From: an uncultured Acidobacteriota bacterium
GTDB taxonomy: Bacteria; Acidobacteriota; Blastocatellia; RBC074
Assembly: GCA_963796275.1 (NCBI GenBank)
Contig: CAWCKY010000007.1
Coordinates: 960,001 to 1,024,000 of the forward strand
Length of the DNA: 64,000 nucleotides
Direction: 5' to 3'
The position numbers and the translations under genes are program-made. The notes under the pieces are model-generated. The model made no database searches. It was not told where the DNA came from and was given only the letters and a program-made list of their open reading frames with translations. Shown here piece after piece: positions 7,890 through 16,394 of the stretch. Within the stretch, counting starts at the first letter, position 1. Every line of letters begins with the position of its first letter.

Positions 7890-9632
7890 TCATAAAGCTT
7901 CTGCCGGTTCCATATTGACCACAACGCGAACCTCCAATCCCAATAGTGACCGCTCCTGCAGACTCGCCTCCAACTCACGTTTCAAGATTTCCGCTTCTTC
8001 CTCCGGGGCAGCAAAGGCATCACGATCGAGCGTGATAGTTACTCTCTGTACTCGGTGTAATCCGTCGGCCCCGCGTTCGAGCATCGGTACAGCTTCTACC
8101 GCGCGGATCTTCGGTTCGAACGATCTGGTCATCGCCTCCAGGTCGGGATACGTAACCGGACGTTCGCGCGAGAGCAGCAGCTCGGTGAACCTTCGCTTGG
8201 TCTCCATCAATCCCTCGCCATCATCGCCACCTGCCGCCCCCGTAACATTTCTGATATCCAATGTGCGCGGCGTCGCGCGATTGAGAAAAGTCTTAATCCC
8301 TCCGGCGGAGACATCGTTGCCCAGCGCTCCATTGCAAAGCAGTACCCGGACATTCGCATAAGCATCCGCCTCACCGCGCGGGGTGCGCGCCGGTTCGATT
8401 TCGAGCTTGTCCAGACGGATGCGGTAACGCCCTGCATCTTCATCGGCGCTCGGTTCGCTTTCGAGCAGGTACTTCGTGCCGCGCTCCCCCTTGACCGAAA
8501 GCAACTTGACCAGATGACGCACGCGCCCGCCTCCCGTCGTCAACGGCACCACCGCACCGTCTGCGGAAAACTTGATCGTTTGATTGAGCGTTTCAATATT
8601 CGATGCCGTAGTGCAATGTAAGACGACTCGAATCAAGTCTTCAGAGATAGTCGCTGTCTCCTTCGGCAATCCGATTCGCAGCCACGCGCGCGGACGATCG
8701 AACAAATCCTTCTGTCCCGTTTGCCCCGTTTGCCCCGAAGCCCGCTGAAATATTCTTCCGAGCGGCGTCTCCATTCTCCTCGGAATCCGAGTCAAGAACC
8801 GGCGTTCACTCGGGATGTGTGGAAAAACAAAGACGCGGCCGCCATAAAACCCCTCCGGCAACAAATCGGTCGCCACCGGCTCCCCATCTCCGACCAGCCA
8901 ATCAAGCTTGCGCACCCCGCCATTGCCCGTACACGGCCGCAGCAACCCTTCGGCTCGTATCCCGCCTTCATCATCGAGCAGGCACCATATCTCACGTTTC
9001 AAATAACCGGCCAGATCGCGCGCCTCAGGCAGTAATTCAAAATAGAATCCGTGCCGGCTCAGATGTTCCTCGTCGTCAACATCAATCGCAATGTAGATCG
9101 CGGGACTGCTCCCCAACTCCGCCGGCACGGCATCAAACGAAGGTCGCGCATCTTCCAGCTCTTTAACCAGCTCCGTCCCGTGATGCAGCCGCAACATCCC
9201 GTCCTGATAGATGGCGACGAAAGCTATCCTGGCGGTTGAGACGTCGATAGAGGTGTCGAGAGCGAAAGTAAGCTTCTCTCGCGGAACCGCCTCTCCCACC
9301 AATTCCGTCATCTCCTCAAAAGACTCGCGCCCATTCAACAAACTGAATCTGATGACGCTCTGCGCTGCGCGAGCATTCCGCTCGGGCATTCCCAATCCCG
9401 ACATCAATTCGTCGAGAATCGCCAGCGGTATACTCTCGGCCGCCTGCTCATAGACCTCGCCTATCTGTGCAGCAAATGAGCGGAGCAACACGGCCAGAAT
9501 AGGATCCGTCTCCTGCGTCGTGATGCCATATTCCTTGAGCAGACGGCGAAAGTCTTCGCGTAGTTTTTTATCTATTTCGGTGGGACGCGGTGGTAGCCAT
9601 TGTGGCATAGAATCTTTAGGAACCTCCTTCAC
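7890..9632 (-). CDS. tssF: TssF / baseplate J-like wedge protein
   Basis: 580 aa; N-terminal DPILAVLLRSFA and C-terminal GGDDGE...LLSRERPVTYPDLE baseplate motifs. Confidence 0.75.
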   Translation of the reverse strand: MKEVPKDSMPQWLPPRPTEIDKKLREDFRRLLKEYGITTQETDPILAVLLRSFAAQIGEVYEQAAESIPLAILDELMSGLGMPERNARAAQSVIRFSLLNGRESFEEMTELVGEAVPREKLTFALDTSIDVSTARIAFVAIYQDGMLRLHHGTELVKELEDARPSFDAVPAELGSSPAIYIAIDVDDEEHLSRHGFYFELLPEARDLAGYLKREIWCLLDDEGGIRAEGLLRPCTGNGGVRKLDWLVGDGEPVATDLLPEGFYGGRVFVFPHIPSERRFLTRIPRRMETPLGRIFQRASGQTGQTGQKDLFDRPRAWLRIGLPKETATISEDLIRVVLHCTTASNIETLNQTIKFSADGAVVPLTTGGGRVRHLVKLLSVKGERGTKYLLESEPSADEDAGRYRIRLDKLEIEPARTPRGEADAYANVRVLLCNGALGNDVSAGGIKTFLNRATPRTLDIRNVTGAAGGDDGEGLMETKRRFTELLLSRERPVTYPDLEAMTRSFEPKIRAVEAVPMLERGADGLHRVQRVTITLDRDAFAAPEEEAEILKRELEASLQERSLLGLEVRVVVNMEPAEAL

Positions 9633-9989
9633 TCCAATAAGTTCTCGAACTCTGAACGATAAGACAAATTATCTTCATCAAGCTTTTCAATCAAGGTCAA
9701 AGTCAATCATGGTTAAAGAAAATTAGTCGATCGTTCATTGCCACCGCCTCGACGAAGAAACATCAAATTCGTTTAGACAAAATCCCCTGAAATATTCCAC
9801 GATGCAAAGATTGTTCGTGATCCAAGCCTATTTGGATCGAGCGCAGCAGATCCCGAGGATATGGGTCTTCATTTGCCCGAACCCCTCTATTTTTACGGGT
9901 ATGCACGGGGCAACCAACTACGCATCCGAACTTCAATTGTTAGTGGGAAATCTTAGGACAAAATTTCATGAAAAAATTTCATTTCGATT

Positions 9990-10472
9990 TTACAAAACCT
10001 TTTTTCCGCGCCTTTGCGATTCCCTTTTCGTTTTCACCTGCCGACCTGGATCTTTCAAGCCGCGTCTGGCTGTAATCCAAAGCAAGCTGCCCAATAGTAT
10101 CGCCTGTATTCCGAAGAAGGCTGTGGTTAAGTAACTTATGAGTGGCGTTAACAATAAACCTTCGGACAATTCGTTTGCATGGAGATGACGGTTGATATTG
10201 CGAATCGTGAAGAAAACGATAAAGCCAACGACAATAACGCGGTTTCTCAGGGGGTTTCGCGCGGCAAGCAGAGCCAAAAGCCCCATGACAAAGGCGAATG
10301 CCCCGATGACGCGAAGTAGATATATGTTCGCAGCGGTCCAATCAAGACGAGCGCCATATAAGGTCGCGGAGATTTTTTGAAATCCGATTGAGGACATCAG
10401 TCCCAATCCTACTGCCAGGTGGGAGATGGCGATGAAGAACATCAGGCTGCGCAGCGCCTTCAAATAGGTCAT
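9990..10472 (-). CDS. Small 4-TM membrane protein of unknown function
   Basis: 160 aa with four hydrophobic segments; GGAGAG RBS. Confidence 0.7.
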   Translation of the reverse strand: MTYLKALRSLMFFIAISHLAVGLGLMSSIGFQKISATLYGARLDWTAANIYLLRVIGAFAFVMGLLALLAARNPLRNRVIVVGFIVFFTIRNINRHLHANELSEGLLLTPLISYLTTAFFGIQAILLGSLLWITARRGLKDPGRQVKTKRESQRRGKKVL

Positions 10473-10591
10473 TTATTACTCTCTCCTTGGAAGACTATAA
10501 GGCAAGTGCAACATAACCAACGACCTACCATCCGGACGCTTCTCAAAGTCTTAGAATTACAGATACCTGTGCTACTTGATGAAAACCGATT

Positions 10592-11606
10592 TTATCGTTT
10601 TGCGATTACCTGAAAGTAGCAGAATCTCGAGTTCCTCAAAATCTTTCCCTCCCTCTTTCGGGGCACTTAGCGTCAGCGTGAAGTCCTGCGTTTCAATCGC
10701 CCTGAATCTATCAGCCGGCACTCTGACGGCGACAATCTGGTTGGATCTGGTCTGCCTGACTCTGCTGGCCTCGCCTTTCCAAATCTCTCTGTTTCCATCA
10801 ACCGTCGTGACGACCGCTAGATAAGGCGGCTGTTTCTCTTGCCGTTCCATGGTCACTCGCAGCTCTACGAACGTTGTGTCGACGAAGATAACCGCTTTGT
10901 CCAGCCCTTTGATGTCTCTGACTCCCGGCGCCAGTGCCAGAAAAACGACTCGATTTTTCGATGCTTGAGACCCGTCTGAATCATTTACCAATCGGTCCAG
11001 CCGGCCAGTAACATTATCAAGATCATCACGCAGGGCGCTGCCCTGTTTGCGTTCCTCAGCCAGTAGCTGTCGTTCGCGGGCGAGTTGACGCTCTGCCTCC
11101 ATAGCTCTTTGCTCGATTGCGGCACGCTCTTCACCTGCCGCGGCGAGTCGCCCGCGCAGCCGGAGCAGTTCGATGCCCAAACTCAGAGCCAGAATTAACA
11201 GAAATGCCGCTGTCAAGCTGGAACCCAGAACCAGGTAGCGTTTCTCAAACAACCCTAGCCACGAAGACGAGTACAGCGAAGAAAACCAACTCCCACTGCG
11301 ACTATCCGAAGCAGAATGAATTGTCGATTGTGATGTGCAGGCATGGACTAGCTGCCTGGCCATCTCGATTCTAGCGCGGCGCTTCTCGGAAGCGAGATAG
11401 TGCTGCTCGAAAAGTTGACGCTCGGGGTCTGAAAGTTCACCTTTCGCATAATCCTCAATCAGTTCCTCTTCCAGAGCCAGTACCTGTTCAAACATATCCC
11501 CGTCCTCCAGATAAGCCTCTTCGAAGCGCGCCTCATCCTCTTCAGACAGCTGATTGAGGAGATACCGGATTATCGTCTGATCACTTATTGCGGTTGGTTG
11601 CTTCAC
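10592..11606 (-). CDS. Membrane-anchored anti-sigma factor-like protein (probable +1 error near 10624)
   Basis: Duplicated N-terminal YL..LS..E...FE..YL helices, one TM, a coiled coil and a C-terminal beta domain; removing one base at GAATC 10622-10626 gives the end EICYFQVIAKR* at 10592 (track ORF ends 10572). Confidence 0.7.
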
Positions 11607-11711
11607 AATAGCATACGACCTTTCATCGTATAGTGGTAAAAACCCTGGCTTAATTTCTCAATAATTTTCAGTGAGCAGGTTTCCCATGTACCCTCGGTCG
11701 ATCTTTTTGCA

Positions 11712-12263
11712 CTACCCTTTGTATACCTTTACGCACTTCTCATAACACCTATTAAGCCTCGCCCTGATACGGAATACCCTCAGCCTATAAGCATTTATTG
11801 TCAATCCCATACCTAGAGCTGCCTTTTCTCTGCCGTTCTTATTCAGCGTACAATTTTGAACAATCAGATTACGCTCTTCCGGCGATATCCCCTGCAAGCA
11901 TTTTTTCATGCAGTCCAATCGATGATCATCGAATTCCTGATCAATCAGGGGAGACGAAAAGCGATCGTCGAGTCGTTCCCACTCTCTTTTTGAATCGTCC
12001 CAGTGTTCCAGCAGCACCAAACGCGCCACGCCGAAGGAAAACTTGAAAACATCTTTGATCTCAAGGCCTTCTTCGATCTTACGAGCCATTCGATTGATCG
12101 TCTCGTCGCCCAGCTCGTCAGGTATCCGGCACCCTTTCCTTTCGAAGAAATAAATTAATCTCGTACGAAGTTTTTCATACTCTTCTCCGGCTAGTGCCGA
12201 ATCAGGATTTAGCCGCGCAAGTAACCGAATTAAACCTTCTTCACTCAACTCCCAGTTCTTCAT
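11712..12263 (-). CDS. ECF-type RNA polymerase sigma factor
   Basis: 183 aa; region 2-like YEKLRTRLIYFF..DELGDETINR and region 4 HTH AALGMGLTINAYRLRVFRIRARL; abuts the CHAT gene. Confidence 0.8.
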   Translation of the reverse strand: MKNWELSEEGLIRLLARLNPDSALAGEEYEKLRTRLIYFFERKGCRIPDELGDETINRMARKIEEGLEIKDVFKFSFGVARLVLLEHWDDSKREWERLDDRFSSPLIDQEFDDHRLDCMKKCLQGISPEERNLIVQNCTLNKNGREKAALGMGLTINAYRLRVFRIRARLNRCYEKCVKVYKG

Positions 12264-15200
12264 TCAATTCATCTTTTCCCTGGTTCGTTTGCCATCCAGG
12301 TTCGCCCATTCTCCTGATTGGATGAAGCTCGCCCAATAGTAGGGATGTTGCCGATTAGCCTTCTTGAGCATCTCCAATTGCACTTGCCTCAATGCCTCCC
12401 CGCGCCCCTCACCTTGCTGCAACAAATGGTAATAGGAGATCATCAATTCTCGCGTCCCTTTGTCTGAGACGGCCCAGAGACTCATGACCTGCGTTTCCGC
12501 GCCGGCCAGCACCAACGCGCGGCGCAGACCATGGACCCCATCTCCATTCTTCACGTCTCCAATTCCGGTATCACAAGCCGATAGCACCACCAGCTTCGTC
12601 CCCCACAGATTGAGTCCTGTCACCTCTAGTGCAGTCAGTATCCCATTGTCTTCCTGTTTATGTTCGTTGGCTCCGGCCAGCGCTAACCCGGACCGCAACA
12701 ATGGGTTCTCGATGCTGATGCCGCTCCTTTCCATCTGCCGTATCATACGGTCCGGATCGTCGCTACTTTCTTGATAGCCGCGCCCTCCGCCGGCGCTCAA
12801 CATTTGCGAATCTTCGAGAAAGAACCCGTGTGTAGCGATGTGCAATAATGCCGGACTGCTTATCTGGCTGAGCTCCGTCTTGGTCGCCTGCTCTCCGGTG
12901 AGCAGGATCGACCCGGGCATCAACTCGCGCAACACATCTCCTTCCTGCGCCGTGTAGGGCAACGGCGAGAAATAGAACTCTCTGAAAGCCGATGCAGCCG
13001 ATTCATCCTTCTTACTCGGTTGCGACCGGCGCCCCGCATCAACCTTCGCGCGTTTTCCGAAGGCGGGGTTTGCGACTACCAGCGGGCCGTTACGGCTTTC
13101 TCGGTCCACCTGCAAGCGTAGCAGATCGCGCCCGCTGGCGAGATAGCTGATCGAGTATCGCTCGATCGCATACCGGCCCCGCTCATCCAGAAGCGCTACG
13201 AAAGGGACGAGATTGAGATTGCCATCCGGCGAGATGAGCAACTGAGTAATCTTTCCGAGTAACGGGCGCAGAGGTTGAAATACCTTCTGATCCACGGCAC
13301 GAGCTCGGCGCTTCACATCACTGCGCTTCGGGTCGCGTAATGCATCGCGCAGTGCAGTGATGGCCTCGTCGATTATCTTTACCTCACCCAGTTCCTTCCA
13401 CTGAATCTTTCCGTGCTGGCGCAGGATATACGCAACATAACAAGGTTGGCCATATGCCTCCTCATTTCTACTGGATTTGGCATTGATTGGACGGTATGAG
13501 GCGAATTCGATCAATGCGACATCGGCGGGGATGGCCGATTGCACTGCCGCGATCGTGATCGGAAGAGCCTGGGCTCGAAATTCACTGCTTCTGTGACTTA
13601 TGTCGGCCTCATAGGCTTCTGCCCTATCTTCGAGCTTCTTGAGCCGCCCGTTATATTGCTCGGCGGTCATTCTTTGGGGACCGGCGAGGACGTGCCTGGC
13701 AAGCTGCGATCGGGTATCGGTCAACTCATCGAGCAAGACTCGATCTTTCGAGTCGAAGCGCGCGCGTAACGCGTTGAGATTTTCAGAAGTGGCGTCGAGC
13801 GCACGCCCCTTGCGTTGCAGGATCATGGCGGCAGCCAGGTTGAGCGCCGCTGGATTATCGGGAGCATAGCGGAGATGTAGCGATATTGTTTGATCGACTT
13901 GCCCCGAAAGAGTGGCAAGATATGCGAGTTTTTGCCTCTCTGAGCCCGTGACGAGATTGAACGCGAGATTGCGCTCGCTCAGAATGTTGCCCCGCGACTG
14001 TAATGCGATGGCCTGGGCTATATCGCCTTTGGCTGCGTTAAGTATGGCGAGATTGTTGAGAGAAGAAGCAATGTAGGGGTGTTCCGGGCCCAAAGCTTTC
14101 TCCAGGATGACCAGGGAACGTTTAACCAGCGGTTCTGCTTTTGCGTATTCGCCTCGGCTGTTGTAAAGGCCTGCGATGTCGTTGAGAGAACTACCGACAT
14201 CCGGATGTTCGGGACCAAGCGATTTCTCCCGGATATCCAGCGCGCGCCGGTAAAGCGATTCCGCGCGCGCATAGTCTCCCTTGTCCCAGTATAGATTTGC
14301 GATATTGTTGAGTGAAGTTGCGACATCCGGATGATCAGGGCCCAGCGTTTTCTCCCGAATAGCCAGTGCGCGACGATGCAGCGGCTCCGCCTTCTCATTG
14401 TCCCCCTTGTCGCGGTAGAGACTGGCAAGATTACTGAGAGACTGAGCAACGTCGGGGTGCTCGGGTCCCAGTACCTTCTCCCGAATCGCCAGCGAGCGTT
14501 GATAGAGCGGTTCTGCCTTCTCATAGTCGCCCTTATCGCGATATATGATAGCTAGATTGTTGAGGGAAAGAGCGACATCGCGGTGTTCCTGGCCAAGCGC
14601 TCTCTCACGTATATCGAGCGCGCGTTGGCGCATTGGCTCAGCTTTCTCATAGTCGCCTTTATCGCGGTAGAGATTGGCTAGATTATCGAGAGTGACGGCG
14701 ACATAAGGATGCTCCGGTCCCAAAACATTCTCGAAGATGGTTAACGCTCGCTGATAGAGCGGCTCTGCCTTAGCGAAGGCCCCCATGTCCCAACAAAGGA
14801 CCGCGAAATTGATGATAGGTATTGCGACATCAGGATGCTCCGGCCCTACCGCTTTCTCCCAAATCGCGATTGAGCGTTGAAATATAGGAACTGCTTTCGC
14901 ATAGTCGCCTTTGTCGCGGTAGAGAAGCGCTAGATTGTTGAGAGAAGCACCGACAGTCGGATGCTCGGCTCCCAGCCCTTTCTCACGGATGGCCAGCGCT
15001 CGCTGATACAACGATTCGGCTCTTTCATACTCGCCTTTGTCGCGATAGAGGACGCCCAGACTGTTGATAGCCGCGCCGGCATCCGGGTGATCCTTTCCCA
15101 GTATCTTTTCACGGATCGCCAGGACGCGCTCAATCAACGGAAGCGCCTCGTCATACCTGCCTGCGCGTTCCAATTCGAGATGCTTATCAAACAGTTCACG

Positions 15201-15743
15201 AGCCTCCTGCAGAGCGCGGTCATTCTCTGTTGCATCGCGCAGCTCCTCGACCCGAAGCTCATAGCTTCCAGCCTGAACATTTTTGATTCTTGAGCGAACA
15301 TCCAACCGGTACTCGCCTGCCGTTTTCGCAACCAGCGATACGATCTCTTTCCCGCTAGTCCTACGTTCGGAGTCGAGGTCTGCGATCTGCTTACCATCTA
15401 CCCCAGATACCCTCACCACTACATCAATGCCATACTGTTCGACCGCTACCTTCAAAAACTGATCTGCAATCAGCCTGATTTGATAGCTATGTTGTTGCCC
15501 GCCCGCCAGCTCCCGCCTGGCCGGCTTTCCCGCCTCGATCGGGCGAACTTCTTGCTCATCCGCATTTCCGCGCGACTCTTGTATTGGCTTTTCCCCTATC
15601 AGGTTTCCCGAAAAAATGCGCAATGGCGCCACTGCACCTGTCAGGCTGAATAGTAGGAAAAGAGCCAGGAAATTTGCCGGATTTTGATAAATGATCTGTC
15701 TCTGATGTTGGGCTGGAGCTGTGTGAGTTCGGCTCCTTATCAT
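12264..15743 (-). CDS. Exported TPR-repeat CHAT-domain (caspase-like) protease
   Basis: N-terminal hydrophobic segment, PPC-like domain, about 10 42-aa TPRs (LG.EHP.VA.SLNNLA..Y...G.Y..AE.L..RAL.I.EK), catalytic LHIATHG and VVLSACDTG, HPYYWASF; ATG 15743 after GGAGGAG. Confidence 0.92.
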   Translation of the reverse strand: MIRSRTHTAPAQHQRQIIYQNPANFLALFLLFSLTGAVAPLRIFSGNLIGEKPIQESRGNADEQEVRPIEAGKPARRELAGGQQHSYQIRLIADQFLKVAVEQYGIDVVVRVSGVDGKQIADLDSERRTSGKEIVSLVAKTAGEYRLDVRSRIKNVQAGSYELRVEELRDATENDRALQEARELFDKHLELERAGRYDEALPLIERVLAIREKILGKDHPDAGAAINSLGVLYRDKGEYERAESLYQRALAIREKGLGAEHPTVGASLNNLALLYRDKGDYAKAVPIFQRSIAIWEKAVGPEHPDVAIPIINFAVLCWDMGAFAKAEPLYQRALTIFENVLGPEHPYVAVTLDNLANLYRDKGDYEKAEPMRQRALDIRERALGQEHRDVALSLNNLAIIYRDKGDYEKAEPLYQRSLAIREKVLGPEHPDVAQSLSNLASLYRDKGDNEKAEPLHRRALAIREKTLGPDHPDVATSLNNIANLYWDKGDYARAESLYRRALDIREKSLGPEHPDVGSSLNDIAGLYNSRGEYAKAEPLVKRSLVILEKALGPEHPYIASSLNNLAILNAAKGDIAQAIALQSRGNILSERNLAFNLVTGSERQKLAYLATLSGQVDQTISLHLRYAPDNPAALNLAAAMILQRKGRALDATSENLNALRARFDSKDRVLLDELTDTRSQLARHVLAGPQRMTAEQYNGRLKKLEDRAEAYEADISHRSSEFRAQALPITIAAVQSAIPADVALIEFASYRPINAKSSRNEEAYGQPCYVAYILRQHGKIQWKELGEVKIIDEAITALRDALRDPKRSDVKRRARAVDQKVFQPLRPLLGKITQLLISPDGNLNLVPFVALLDERGRYAIERYSISYLASGRDLLRLQVDRESRNGPLVVANPAFGKRAKVDAGRRSQPSKKDESAASAFREFYFSPLPYTAQEGDVLRELMPGSILLTGEQATKTELSQISSPALLHIATHGFFLEDSQMLSAGGGRGYQESSDDPDRMIRQMERSGISIENPLLRSGLALAGANEHKQEDNGILTALEVTGLNLWGTKLVVLSACDTGIGDVKNGDGVHGLRRALVLAGAETQVMSLWAVSDKGTRELMISYYHLLQQGEGRGEALRQVQLEMLKKANRQHPYYWASFIQSGEWANLDGKRTREKMN

Positions 15744-16269
15744 CGCTTCTCCTCCCCCGATTTCACAATTTTGGGCATCGTCTTGGCGACAAGAATACCG
15801 CAAGTGCTATTAAGCGATGGGACACGGCGCAAAGTTTATCATATATATAGGATGGAGAACGCGGTTGAAAGCGTGGCATTTATGGAGAGAACTTGTATAA
15901 AGATGCAACTAAGTAACCACTGGAGGTGGTAAGCTTGATTGTCTCCTTATGTCCACTCTGTCGATTTGTTCGCGCGAGCCTTCCTGTTGCGGTCGCCATT
16001 CCATCGCCTCCATCACAGAAATCATCCCGATAATTCACCTTGTATCTCCGCTACCAATGAATGCCGGCGATAATTTTGGTTTGCTAGAAAGTAATAAAAA
16101 TAACTTCAGCGATCCACATCTGCAATTTTTAATTCTCAATTTCCAAATTCTAAATATATACAGCCACGCAGGTTATCCGGTCTAAGGCATCGCTTTGTCT
16201 GGCGGTATTAAAAATATTTTCCGGTCAGCACAGCCGATTCGTCATGTTTTTCCAAAATACTGTCACATA

Positions 16270-16317
16270 ATGATATGTAGATGATATGTAGATGATATGT
16301 AGATGATATGTAGATGA
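16270..16317. repeat. Tandem repeat (atgatatgtag)x4
   Basis: Four perfect 11-bp units plus atga in the divergent CHAT/caspase intergenic region. Confidence 0.9.
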
Positions 16318-16394
16318 AAAATACGGTCTAACATCAGATTGCCATGGACAGATCGATTTACAGCCCACACGAGTAAAAATTATTGAGAGATGCG

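Noticed and set aside
1-9632. Prophage tail or classical Afp/PVC eCIS
   Set aside because: Two-part sheath (TssB + TssC) and TssD-like tube; no capsid, terminase, tape measure or Afp-type genes seen in the window
14000-16317. Possible CRISPR array (126-bp periodicity in the CHAT gene; 11-bp repeats at 16270)
   Set aside because: The first is coding TPR repetition and the second has no spacers; no cas genes in the window
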